Shown piece after piece: positions 22,067 to 37,638 of a DNA stretch of 64,000 nucleotides. Source of the DNA: Eledone cirrhosa (lineage: Eukaryota); NCBI GenBank assembly GCA_964016885.1, contig OZ024748.1, positions 35,712,001-35,776,000 of the forward strand. The letters are read 5' to 3'. The position numbers and the translations under genes were made by a program. The notes beneath the pieces are model-generated. The model saw only the letters and a program-made list of their open reading frames with translations. It searched no databases and was not told the origin of the DNA. Every line of letters begins with the position of its first letter. Position 1 is the first letter of the stretch.

Positions 22067-25000
22067 TTCTTTTGGTTTTATAATTTCACAAAGTTTTACC
22101 AATAGAGAGAGAGAGTCGGTTTCTAACATAGACACAAGACTCTCTCATTGGAATTTACACAACATCAACTAGGTAGATATGTCTGCATGCATACATGTGT
22201 AGATATGGATGTTATTGTATGTGTGGATGTGTATGTTTTGAGTTGTATGTGTGCATGTATATATGCTTTGTATCTGTACATGTGTATATGGAGTTATTAG
22301 ATGCAACATTTTTGGAATGTTTTACATATTTTTACTGTTCCATTTGTAATTCCCTAACTAGTTGTGTTCTTTCTGTTCCTGTGAAGTCTAGCTTCTCAAG
22401 ATTTGTATTGAGGCAGTTACTAGCATACCCCAGTGCCCCAATAATCACAGGCATAAATCTGAAAGTGTAATCAGGGTGGAGTATCTGCAGATTTCTCATT
22501 AGTTCTGCATAAATATTCTCCTTTTCGCTAATCTTTGATATTATATTGGCATCTGCTGGGCAGCTAATTTCCATTACTGTGCATGCTTTCTTCTCCCTGT
22601 CCCATATCATAATATCTGGTCTGTTATGCCTGCATTTTATTGGGTTTTTTACTGGAACATTCCACCAGTACTCTTTCATTTTATGTCCATGGATGTCTTC
22701 GACATTGCTGTAGCTTTTAATGTGTTTATTATCGGGGCTATCTTTTTTACGAACTGCATTGTACAGTGTTTTAGCCACTACATCATGCCTCATAGGTAGA
22801 TAGTACCGCGATGACATCCTTGGACAGCTGCTGATGACATGGGTGACATCCTCGATGTTAGTTCTGCAGAGTCTCTACTTGTTATCACAGCTAGGTGTTT
22901 TGCCTGCATCTCTATCTCTTTTGTGAATCAGGTATTTCGTGTTAATCTCCTGTTCTTGGATTGCAAAAACGTATCCTTCAAAGTGGGAGCCAATATAGCG
23001 GTTGTTGGTCCAAGATAGACTACTTTCCTTATCTATATTACTCTCACTCTGGAGCTTCCTGGCAACATATCCATGCATGATTTTTTGCTGATAAGCATGC
23101 AGTTTTTCATCCATGGATTCACTGCGATACTGCTGAGCGACTTTCCTGGGTGTGAGTTTTTGATTATCACACAGGGAATATCTCTCGAGGAGTTCCTTCC
23201 CAACTCTCAAGATCTTATCTGTTTCATGCAGATAGACTTGCTTGAGAAACGGGCTCCTACGCTTCGAGGTTCGTAGATGTTGTCGGAGAGATATGATGCG
23301 ACATTCAAATGTTGTCTGGACTGATGTTAGGCCTCTGCCTCCCTGCTTACGTTTCAAGTAAAGGCGGTCTATGTCACTGTTGATGTGGAAGTTTCCGGTG
23401 TTGTTCAGTATTTTTAGAGTTCCAACATCAACTGCTCGGATTTCGTCTATCGTCCAAGTGAGTATTCCAAACTTTGGTGTTAGGACAGGCAAAGCAAACA
23501 CATTGTGAGCCACTGTTTTGTTTTGCGCAGAGAGTTCCGATGACCATATCTTTCTTAATCGGGTGTAGTATTCCCTGGTTACGCGTTCCTTATTACAGAT
23601 ACCATTACAGGATATGTTCTCATCTATCCCCAGGTATCTGTAGCAGTCCTCATCAGATATCGGTGAAACAGTTAGGCCATTGATCACAATGTTGCTAGAT
23701 TGGGTTGTTGTTTTTCCCCGCTTTACAGTCATGTATGAGCATTTATCTTGGCCAAACTCCATTCCTATACCCTTTGAGAACGTTGTAACCAGGTCAAGAT
23801 TTTTCTTCATCCCATCCATGTTCTTGGCATAGAGTTTCAGATCGTCCACAAAGAAATTATGGGTTAGGTTCGTATTTCTGTCCTCCTGTGAGCCAATGAT
23901 GTATCCCTCACATTTTTTGAGCAGAAAGAACAAGGGATTTAATGACAAGATGAATAATATCACAGAGAGACTGTCCCCCTGAAATATACCCCTGCAATAT
24001 TTTATTTTATCAGTGAAAATAGAGTCCTCCCTCTCTGTCTTTAACCTTAAGATAGTAGCCCTAGAAGAAGACAGCCTCTCTATGGCTCTGACAATAATGT
24101 CTGGGACTTTAGCAAGTTGGAGGGCCTCTATCATCCAAGAGTAGGGAACAGAATCGAAAGCTTTCCTGTAGTCCAGCCAGACTGTAGTCATATTCCTCCT
24201 AAGTTGTCGCACCTCCGGCATCGCAGTTTTGTTGATTAGGAGTTGTTCAGCACATCCCCAAACCCCTTTCTTTCCAGCTGCTTGTTCATCTGTGATGATG
24301 TTATTATTTTCACAGTGGTCTTGGGGGAATAGGTTCAGACAGGCTGTATACATGTTATACATCAGGTTCTGGCTTGCAATGGGTCTGTAGTTTTTTGCCA
24401 AGTGGGTGTCTTTGTTCTTGGGGATCAGTAATGATTGTGCTAATGTCAACCATTCTGGTATAAGTGTATCTCCCTTAACAACTTATTTGTAGAGGTCAGT
24501 AAGATACCTCCGATAGAATATCAGTTTTTTGTTCCAGTAGTCGACAATCATGTCTCTTCCTGGTGTTTTCTTATCTTGGAGTTTTCCTATCACAGTCTCA
24601 AGGGACCCTCACTTATTTCGTATGTTTTTGTTGTAGTGTAGGAGCAATAGTTCTTTCGGATTTCTCTTAGCCACACTGCATCTTGGTTGAAATTCTTCTT
24701 TTCACCCCATATTTTGCTCCAAAAGGAATCTATGTCTTTCTGGCACGGGGCCTCAGTGACACTTATTATTTTGTTCTTTATATCTCTATAGATTGATGTT
24801 TGGTTTCGTCTGAATCTTTTATTAAGCACTTTTCTGTCATCTACCATCTTCAGGTATCGGCGTTTTTCGCTAACAGCTCTCAATTCTTGTTTGAGGGTGA
24901 TCAGCTTATATTGGAGAGTTCTGGTTCTACTGTTACCAAACATCGTCTCTATTTTATTTTTCACTCTTTGTTGGTGAGGAGTGAGGTTTTTTGGGGTTTG

Positions 25001-26187
25001 TTTGCATGTAAGGAGCATTGTCACATATCCTATGTTTTTTCGTAGGTCAGCACTCTTTTTTTCTATTTTAGTTATATATGATGGTATTGTTGGTGGTGTT
25101 TTGTTCTTGTTAATATCTCTGCTATCACCAAGATAATGCTTCACTGTCGTTGCTAAGACATATAAACAGGCGCTGATTTGCCAAAATGTTGGGGTTTTTA
25201 TCCGTCGTAAATATTCATCCCCTATTTCGTCAATAACACGTAGTATTTCATTATTTGGTTTTTTTTATTCACCATTGTCATTTTAACACCTTCAGCCAGA
25301 GAGATATTTATACATGAGTTAATTTCTCTCTGGAAGATTTCGTTGAGGGAAATTTTCAATTGTTTATACTTTCGATTATTATCATTATCGATAGTATTTT
25401 CCACAACAGTCGAAGTAGACTCGGATGGTACACGTGGTGTCAAATTTCTTCGATTATTATTATTATTTCTTCGATTATTATTATTATCGATACTGTCTTC
25501 CCTTGCATTCGAGGTAGACTTAGATGGTACAGGTGGTGTCAAGTTTCTTACAGGCATAGTTGTTTCAAGGCACTGTTCGACCTGGCTGCTAGGAAGTCTA
25601 GTAGCATGACGACCTGTAGCACGTGCTGTTCATCCCATGTTTGTTGTGGGGGACCTACAATTAATAATATTTATCTTATTTTTACGTTCAACAAACGTTG
25701 CTTGTTGGCGTAATTGTTTCGCTGTGAAATAATTTAGCTCTGGGTGCATTTCGTCCCAGTGTAGCTTCATTCTGTTCATATAGCCAATGGAGAGATTGTT
25801 TTTTGCCATTTTATAACAATTAAATAAATCAAGATTAAGTTCGCAACTCCAAGAGAAATGCCATTTATAATTTCGGTTTCTTCTGTAGCTACAACTGAAT
25901 AAAGTTTGTTTACTCTTCTTGTTTGTCATCGATACTTCCTTAATTTTGTTGTTGATGTTGTGTTCAGCCATGCTGTTTGCAGCAAATCCTTGTAAAATGA
26001 ATTATGTATTTAGTCGGATATCTCTACGAATTCGAATAAAAGGTGTCTGCAGAAGATATAGTTAGAAGAATAACCAGTTATTCAACATGGCTGTAGTTGT
26101 GGCATTACTGTCGGAGATAGTATTCATCTTAAATTTAATAAATAGTCTCCCACGCCAAAATATGCGACTGATAGCGTTGACTGTGTT
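22067..26187 (-). mobile_element. R4-clade LINE, near full length but decayed, in (CATA)n
   Basis: N-terminal Myb-like KW..ELN..CY..GY..RM..W..HPE; RT NYRPI, WLDYRKAFDSV, GIFQGDSLS, FVDDLKLY; RHD and NRPDI..EISCP RLE. Confidence 0.92.
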
Positions 26188-26256
26188 GTATGTATGTATG
26201 TATGTATGTATGTATGTATGTATGTATGTATGTATGTATGTATGTATGTATGTATA

Positions 26257-26747
26257 TTTGGACATCCTGCAGGACTAAAAACAAAACCTGTCAAAGAGCA
26301 AAGGAGCTCTTAAGAGTCAATGGCCATCCAAAATCACCGGGAGAGATGACCCCTTAGCCTTTGTCAAGGCAGAATTCTAGGAGAAGGAAAACTCTGATAT
26401 AACACCTGCAACCCTGATGGTATCCAATGATGTTGACTTGTTCTTCTTTTTGGTAAATATCATCTTGGTTAAGAGAGTGGGACTGGCTTTGTGCAGTGCC
26501 TTTGCTCACTATAAAAGCTTCACGACACAGGCATTGCTTTATATCTGGAGATCTCTCTGCACTTGTCGTCACATGGTACCATGGGCCCAGCACTATGTGT
26601 CAATAATTGTCACAAGTGTAGTGTTTGTACCAGAGTTTTCAAGTCGCTGGCTGGACTAAAAAGTCAGTCGTTCAGCGCATCGGTAGGGGTTCTCCTACAT
26701 GGATATAAAGTAGTGGCCGTACTCGAAAACGAGTTGGCAGCCACCAT
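26257..26747 (+). mobile_element. Non-autonomous bipartite RTE derivative (5' UTR + 3' end + (TATG)n tail)
   Basis: ctaggagaaggaaaactctga 5' motif; CSVCTRVFKSLAGLKS remnant matching ~20110-20165; terminal hairpin ggccgtactcgaaaacgag..gcagccacc. Confidence 0.75.
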
Positions 26748-26840
26748 GTATGTATGTATGTATGTATGTATGTATGTATGTATGTATGTATGTATGTATG
26801 TATGTATGTATGTATGTATGTATGTATGTATGTATGTATG

Positions 26841-27378
26841 TTGGGTCACTCTTGAGTGCTACTGGTAACATGTAACCTAGTACAACCTGTCGCATGGTCG
26901 GGTCGTCGGCGACTAAACCGGCAACCCCACCAAGTTTACTTGGTGAGGAGGGTGTTTTTGGACACCCTGCAGGACGAAAAACAAAACGTGACAAAGGGCG
27001 GAAGAACTCATAAGAGTCAACGGCCATCCAAAAGTCTGTAAATATGTATATATATACATGTACCACGCGGTTAAACCACTGGGAGTGAAGGACCCCCTAG
27101 CCTTTGTCTGGGCATTCCTCTAGGAGAAGGCAACTCAGGAAACTGGGATAACTCCGATATAAAATCTGCGGCTCAGTAGTTATCGATGATGTTGATCTTT
27201 TCTTCTTTTCGGGTTATAACTACTATCGCTCAGAGAGTGGGATTGGCTCAGTGCACAGTCTTTCCTCAATTTAAAAAATACCTTCACGCACAAGCATTGC
27301 ATGATAGAATTAATTAATAATTATTAATGATGGTATATTGTGCTATGGCCATACTCGATAACGAGGGGGCAGCCATCA
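26841..27378 (+). mobile_element. Non-autonomous bipartite RTE derivative (5' UTR + 3' hairpin + (TATG)n tail)
   Basis: 27120-27320 closely matches 16531-16725; ends ggccatactcgataacgag..gcagccatc then (ATGT)n. Confidence 0.78.
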
Positions 27379-28027
27379 TGTATGTATGTATGTATGTATG
27401 TATGTATGTATGTATGTATGTATGTATGTATGTATGTATGTATGTATGTATGTGTGCTAGTATGTACATACATGTATACCATTGGTTATGTACTCTATAT
27501 AGTTTGACATATATACATATACATATACACATACATATATTTCTGAATCTACTCCACTGTAGGCTAAACCTCAGGAATATTTTACATATTTTTACAGTTA
27601 GATTTATTATTTCTAATTGTGATTTCGTAATTAGCCATATCATTTCTGCTAATCAAGATGGGTGCCGAGGCAGTTATATAATAAAAGAACCTCCAATAAT
27701 TACTGATTTAAATCTAAGAGTTGAATCTTTGTGTAATATCTACAAATTCCTCATTAGGTTGCCATAGATGTTTATGAGATATATTTTATTTTCAAAATTA
27801 ACCCTTTTGAAACATAGACAGCGAGTCTGTTAAGACATTTTCTCAAGCTGTCATATGAAGAAATGTGGATCGTTATTAAAAATGGCAGAGCAACACCTGA
27901 ACAGGAACTGTTTACAGGTAGAAATAACCGTGTAAAGGTAGAAAAATAATTAGAATATTTGAGAGAACATCTCACAGTAAGAAATATGTAGAGGTTGTGT
28001 AAATGTATAATCAAGCCTAATAGTGCT

Positions 28028-28152
<125 letters not shown>

Positions 28153-28253
28153 TATATATAAGCGATAAATATATTATGCATGAGGTACGATTATTACCAT
28201 ATATATATGTATATATATATGTATACACATATATATATATATATATATATATA

Positions 28254-28921
28254 GAGGAATTTAGGAACAGTTTAGGTATGATACATTTTATTACTAATTA
28301 TATCTAAATGTTTCTTCTCTCTTCATAATGTATTTTTAACTCTGATACTGGTTCAGTCTGGTTCAAACTGAATTGGTCTGTCCCAGTCATTCATTGAGCA
28401 ACATCGGTGAAGTTGGCACCCTTAACTCACAGTTGGGTGCGGATGCATTCATGTATATATGTGTGTGTCCGCATGTATCTGTGTGTTTCTAAATGTATTA
28501 ATAACTCCCTCTGGTCGAGCAATCTTTGAAGTGTGGGGACAACTGGAAAGCTTCCATTACTCATACTTCTCGCCTTCTTCACTACCTCTTCTACGGCCTC
28601 GATATGAATACCCCCTCCGCCTCCGTGGTATTTTTTTCGTGGTTATAAGAGGCTTAGCTCTGTTTCTCGACCGTTGTATCGCGTGACTATCTCCCCCTCC
28701 GCCTTTTGGGATTCTTTCTCACGTCGTGTAGACGCGTTCTTGAGACTAGTAAAATGAGGTATCCTCTTGATAAGTCGGCAGACCTCGCAAGGACTCTATA
28801 TCTTTGATATATTGTTTTTGTTTATGCCACGAAACTACGTAGTCGAGGAATTTAGGAACAGTTTAGGTATGATACATTTTATTACTAATTATATCTAAAT
28901 GTTTCTTCTCTCTTCATAATG

Positions 28922-28925
<4 letters not shown>
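28254..28925 (+). repeat. Family E: 591-bp unit plus ~80-bp direct terminal redundancy (pLTR/retrozyme-like)
   Basis: 28254-28334 repeated at 28845-28925; (TA)n flanks; rearranged fragment at 57638-57760. Confidence 0.88.
28762..28849 (+). ncRNA. Hammerhead ribozyme with U3-A8 core (family E)
   Basis: TCCTC-TTGATAA-GTcGGCA...TGCCAC-GAAA-CTACGTAG-TC-GAGGA. Confidence 0.75.
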
Positions 28926-31531
<2,606 letters not shown>

Positions 31532-31559
31532 CTATGTATATATATGTATATATATATAC

Positions 31560-31665
<106 letters not shown>

Positions 31666-31687
31666 TTTTTTATAGGAACAAGTATGA

Positions 31688-31781
31688 CGCCGACGGCAGA
31701 GCTCAAGCCGTTTCGATGGCTATTTCTGGACTAAATAACAATTTTTAGCCTGGTAAATAAATAGCCAAACTTCTCAAGGGG
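31688..31781 (-). ncRNA. Hammerhead-like motif with U3-A8 core (family H)
   Basis: CCCC-TTGAGAA-gttTGGCTATTT...AAATAGCCAtc-GAAA-CGGC..GCCG-TC-GG; 3' halves at ~58775-58830 and ~62290-62344 read GTC-GGGG. Confidence 0.6.
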
Positions 31782-32043
31782 AATTTCCTTATATGGGAAG
31801 ATAGTAATTGTCAAGATGGTTGGTTAAAATTTGTTATAAAGATAGATTAATCTATCATGGCATTTGTGGTGGGTAGGGGTGGCTGAACTTGCCGGTAGAA
31901 CAAAGAGGGAGTGGGGAAAGCCAGTCAGGCGTTGAAAGTGAAATCTATACACAAGATTCTAAGGATAGTGTATAAAAGGTCGAAGAATTGTACTGAAGAA
32001 AAGGAGGGGGGAGGGTGAAAGAATAGGTAGGTCGGAAGGGAGT

Positions 32044-34030
32044 ATGGCTAACCATTCATGTATCGAGGACATAAATCGAGATGGACAACACATTATCTCC
32101 AGCCTCGGGGTCGCCGACCACACTGAACCCCTAGACCCACGGACTCCCTACTTTATACTGAAGGACCACAAATCCGACTTCGACTGCAAACCATCCATCA
32201 GGCTTATAAACCCAACGAAGTCCGACACAGGGAGAATCAGTAAAAAAAATCCTAGACCGCGTTATACCAAAAGTTAAGCAAATCGCGAGACTTAGCCTAT
32301 GGGTCAACACCCAGGAAGTAATCTCATGGTTCAGCAATATGGACGAGAAACGAGACACAAAATTCATCCAATTTGACATAGAGAATTACTATGCATCAAT
32401 TACCTTACCGCTCCTTACGGCCGCCTTGGACTTTGCCGAAACACTCACGCCCATCACCGACCAGGAAAGAAATATCATCCTCAGCGCCAGGAAGACAGTC
32501 CTACTTTTCGACAACTCCAAATGGATAAAGAGAGCTCCTGACTCCCCCGTCGACGTCAGTATGGGCGTAACGGATTCGGCCGAGTTCACAGATCTTATAG
32601 GTTTATTCCTACTATTTAAACTCACCGAAATGTTTCCTGCATTGGGCGGTGGATTGTACCGAAATGATGGGCTCCTCACCCTCAACGGGTACTACTCCAG
32701 TAGTACAGACCGGGTCCATAAACAACTATTCAGCTTCTTCCGGGACTGGGGATTTAAAATAACCCTATAAACGTCCCTAACCCGAGTAAACTACCTGGAC
32801 GTTACCCCCAACCTCGAAAATGATCTGTACTACCCATACAGGAAACCAAACGGCAACCTGCATTACATCCACCGCCGCTCTAACCACCCAAGAAACATCA
32901 CAAATAACCTGGTTAAAAACATCTCCCTCCGCATATCTCGTTTGTCCGCTAATGAGCAGATATTCGACGAACATACGCCTCATTACAACCAGGCCCTCAA
33001 GCGGAGTGGCTTCCGGGAGGAAATATCCTATTATCCAGCTTCCATTAGCAGAACCAGCAGGCGACACCACCGCTCACGCAACGTAACATGGTTCAATCCT
33101 CTCCACAATGCCGAGGTGGCAACACCTATCAGGAAGATCTTCTTTAGGCTCCTCGAAAAACACTTCACACTACAACACCGCTACCACAACATAATCAACA
33201 AAAACACCATCAAACTCTCCTATAGCACCACACCTAACTTCACACAAAACATCGTCTCCTCTAACAACAAAAAACTCAACCCCTATGGAAGAAAATCCTA
33301 GACTTCAGTGGAGAGCCGACCAGGAGGTGTAACTCTCCTGATAGATCCATGTGCCCCCTCAACAACAGATGCCGAGAACGTAATGTGATCTACCAATGCA
33401 ACGTGAGGACGGACACCTCCAACAAAGCTTATATAGGATTAACCGCTTGTGACTTCAAGACCCGGCTCTACCAACACCGACATACTTTCCGAAACCCGGT
33501 CCGGCGACATGCCACTACACTTTCGGTCCACATCTGGGACCTCAAAGATAATAATATAACCTACAATCTCACTTGGAGCTTACTGTCCAGAGCTAACTCT
33601 TATACGGGAGACGCCATCCGTGTAACTTATGCTCGGAGGAAACATTACAAATGCTATTTTCTAAGGACAAACTCCTAAACAAGAAAGACGAACTGGTAAC
33701 CGCATGCAAATACAGATTGCGTAGGACGCATCTCGCCCTCAAACCCCATAACGACCCGGGTGGGTAGACAAGGGCTGATACCCCCACTTGCCGATTTTGT
33801 AAGGGGAAACCCCTGCTTACATAGGTAGAAGTAACCTTTTTTCTTTTCCTCTAAGTTCCCTTCTCCCCCCCCCCATCTCATCCTATTCCTTCCACCCCCG
33901 ATCTCCTTCCTCGTCTGTCTTTCACCTTTCGCCTACCCCGATGCAGCCCATCGGTCCTCTGTAGCCTCAGTACCCCCTCTCCCGTAATTTTAAGATAGAA
34001 TTGGCCTATTACGCTTTTTATAGCAGATGT
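32044..34030 (+). mobile_element. Decayed Hydra-clade-like PLE (RT + GIY-YIG), frameshifted
   Basis: LKDHK..RLINPTKSD, QFDIENYYASI, DVSMG..DSAE, GLYRND, KLSYSTTPN, CPLNNRC..VIYQC..YIGLT..FKTR..H. Confidence 0.9.
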
Positions 34031-34150
34031 GTTAGACCCCGTAATTTTTTGTTACTACTCCATACGTACATATATATATATGTGTGCAAGTATGTATGTA
34101 TATACATACTACTGTACGTCTGTATACATATATGTATATACGTATACATA

Positions 34151-34194
<44 letters not shown>

Positions 34195-34619
34195 GTGTGT
34201 TACTGCAATTTCAAAATATATTAAATATATAAAATCAGAAATCTCTCCCTTTTGTTTATTAACTGTAGAGACTGAAAGGTGGGTGTATGTGGGCAGATGT
34301 AAGCAATTGGTTGGGATAATTGCTGGCCTTGTACCAAAAGTAGAAACAATTATGTATTTCATTACACTTGGGTCTCGCCCCTGCCCCCACTCTTATTCCA
34401 CCCCACCTAGCATTTATTTAAATTTGCTGATCTATATCTGGCAAAAGTTTGGTTTAAAAAAAAAAAATCAACCTAGAAAAATTACAGTTTTTCCAACACC
34501 TCCGCTTATTCTAATCCCCACCACTTCTTCTATCCTCGCCCTATTATTTGGGATCCGAGAGTATTTGTTTCAGTCATTTGATCGCGGCTATTCTGGGGCA
34601 CCACCTTGAAAATTAAATT

Positions 34620-34691
34620 TGATCCCGACGTCATTCGAACACGCAGTCTTCTGAACTGGAGTCAGATGTGTTACCATTGCATCACATAGCC
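34620..34691 (-). pseudogene. tRNA-Trp(CCA) pseudogene
   Basis: 72 nt: ggctatgtgatgcaatggtaacacatCTGACTCCAgttCAGAagactGCGTGTTCGAATgACGTCGGGatca; anticodon arm and T-loop match eukaryotic tRNA-Trp, acceptor and D stems mismatched. Confidence 0.8.
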
Positions 34692-35321
34692 TAATTCTAT
34701 GTGTATAAAAGACTTTCCTCATTGACTACCCCCGTTCTTCAATAATTTCATTATTGAATACTTTCGTTGTTTATTATTTGAGAAAAACAGTGAATTGTTT
34801 CAAAGCCGCTAGTTTCCACATTTCTCCTCTGTTTATTTAAATAATTTCTAAAGACATATTAGATTTTTAAAATTAAACTTACGAAATATGGACAACGAGT
34901 CTCTTAAGAACGTTTCTTAGTTATCTTATGAAGAAACGTGGAATGTTATTAAAAATTGCAGAACACTTGAAGAGAAAGAGCTTCAACTGTGTAAAGGTAG
35001 AGAAATAAGGAGAATAATTGAAAGGTAGAACAAGGAGTAAATGTGTAGGTGGTGTTACATCATACATCAGATGTGTTGTGTTACATCATACATTATATGT
35101 GTGGTGTTACTTCATATATTAGACTCTTGTGGATTCTATGGAGCAAATGAAGGGAAGACAACTTTTATGAGATTTAAATAATTTGTTTAATACTTTCAAT
35201 GATAAGATTTTTGTAGAGTCTTTATCTTATTACTGTTTACTAAATACCCTGAGTATATACTCATGGCACAGGTATTTATATTTGTATATATTGTATATAT
35301 ATATATATATACACACACACG

Positions 35322-35369
<48 letters not shown>

Positions 35370-35370
35370 G

Positions 35371-35422
<52 letters not shown>

Positions 35423-35454
35423 AAATGTGTGTAATCCTTGGTACAGTTAGGTAT

Positions 35455-35678
35455 ATTAAGATAGGGGGGAAGAAAAAATGGCTTCACTTGTGCTTTCAAC
35501 AAATTTATTTTCTTCACAAAATCCCAAAAGAATTTTTCTTAAAAAATATTATTTTATAAATTAAGTTGTTAATTTATAAAATAATTTTTTTTAAGAAAAA
35601 TTCTTTTTGGATTTTGTGAAGAAAATAAATTTGTTGAAAGCACAAGTGAAGCCATTTTTTCTTCCCCCCTATCTTAAT
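35455..35678. repeat. ~110-bp inverted repeat between (TA)n tracts
   Basis: Arms centred near 35566 with a few mismatches. Confidence 0.85.
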
Positions 35679-35702
35679 ATATATATATATATATATATAC
35701 AC

Positions 35703-35804
<102 letters not shown>

Positions 35805-35858
35805 ATTGAAAAAGTGGAGAAAAACATGGTCAACAGTACAAAAAAGGGGATTTATTTG

Positions 35859-35968
35859 CAATCTAACAATTGTTTCACTGATAAAGTTGTCTAAAAATTG
35901 CTGAACACTAAAATCAGTGCCACTCAATTTTAAATACGATGTTAGCTCGATCAGATCATCGGAAACTG
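35859..35968 (-). ncRNA. Hammerhead-like motif (CCGAUGA core, long stem II)
   Basis: CAGTTT-CCGATGA-tCTGAT...ATCAGt-GAAA-CAATTG-TT-AGATTG. Confidence 0.6.
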
Positions 35969-36535
35969 TTAAAAAAATATATATGTAACCGGCAAATTTA
36001 CAAATTCAAATTACATCATCAATAATAATATTAATATTAAAGATATAGAGAGAAAAGGAGGAAGAAAGGGAGATAGATACAGTAAAGAAAGAAAGGAAAA
36101 GAAGGAGAAAGAAGAAGAAGGAAAAAGAAAAAGAAAAATAGAAAGAAGAAAAAGGAGAAATTATTATCGATAAAAATATAAAGAGAAGATATATAGAAGA
36201 TGATTGTAGACAGAAGAGAGACAAACATAAGTAGAAATAACGTAGGATAGAAAGAAGAATAGAAGGACAAATAAATGAATAAACGTTAATACATGAATAA
36301 ACGTAAATAAAAATAAATATAGATATATAAAAAATATTTGAAAAATATATAAAAAATTGATAAATAAATAAATAAATAAATTACATCTAATGTGATATAA
36401 AATGGTATAAAAGGTGAAAAATGAAGAATAAAAATAAATACGTAAAAGAAGTAAAAATGTGCGAAGAATATTTAAACATTAAAATTATTAAGAATGGTTT
36501 TTGGGAATTGTTAAAATATATGGAGAGATATATGA

Positions 36536-36712
36536 TAATTGTTTCTACTTTAGGCACAAGGCCAGCAATTACCCAGTGCATTACTGGTACTTTATTTTAT
36601 CGACCCCGTAAGGATGAAAGGCAAAGTCAACCTCGGCGGGATTTGAACTCAGATCGTAAAGGGACGTAACTATACTGGAAAGCATGGCGTCCGACCCTCC
36701 ACCGATACTGCA
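36536..36712 (-). mobile_element. tRNA-derived SINE
   Basis: B box GAGTTCAAATCCCGCCGAGG + CTTTGCCTTTCATCCTTACGGGGTCGATAAAATAAAGTACCAG body; same family as 48052-49014. Confidence 0.82.
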
Positions 36713-37520
36713 ATGTTAAATACGACATATGATAATGTTAAATATGATAATGTTAAATATATTTATGTGTGTATTGGTTATTTTAATAAATAAATTGATT
36801 AATTAGTTTTAAGTTATATTATATGATAAAATAAAATGACAGCGATGAAATAAATTTAGGGAGAGAAATATAAAGATAGCGAGTGAAAGATAGAGATATA
36901 TAAAATAAGAATGTAAATATAAGAGGTTTTGATGTTGTTCTTTGATAGATGATGACAATTATAATTATAATCATAATTATAATGATGATGATGCTGATAA
37001 TGTGATATCATAATAGACCTAAGTGGTACAATCTGGGCTATGGAATAGATAAGATGGAAATAAACTGGTCTAAAGTTCTCAAATTTAGTCGCCGATTTAT
37101 GTCGACAAAAATCTCTACCGATACTGCCAATATGATATACATATAAGTACGTATACACATGTGTGCGAATATATATATACGTATATGCGCGAGTGTGCGT
37201 GTGTGTCTGTTTACATCTACGTGTAGTGAAATATGTGCATCAAACGTACTACAGTATTCAATTAAGACCCCACACGCCATTTTCGTATCTTACAAGGACC
37301 CTGTAAAAAGTCTGTAAAAAGAGATGATATAATCAGCTTAAGGCCCCAGAAGTTGTCGTCCGAGATTGACCTCAGTATATTTACTGAGACCAGTAAAACC
37401 GGAGAGGCATTAATGATGTCACTTCCTGAAGAAATGCTATATAATGATTCCTATCAGGACTGTTAAGTTATGTGTATGTTTCTGTGTGTGCATATATATA
37501 TATATGTACGTGTGTGATAG

Positions 37521-37581
<61 letters not shown>

Positions 37582-37586
37582 CATCA

Positions 37587-37638
<52 letters not shown>

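Noticed and set aside
25975-26187. HDV-like ribozyme at the R4 element 5' end
   Set aside because: Could not assemble the P1-P4 nested pseudoknot by eye; needs a covariance-model search
27780-27960. Diverged repeat shared with ~34850-35010
   Set aside because: The similarity is real, but it is too decayed to assign (possibly an L1/Tx1-like 3' end)
35605-35660. GTGAAGA...GAAAGCAC hammerhead-like string in an inverted repeat
   Set aside because: G3 cannot pair with G8, and there is no UH triplet or convincing stem I
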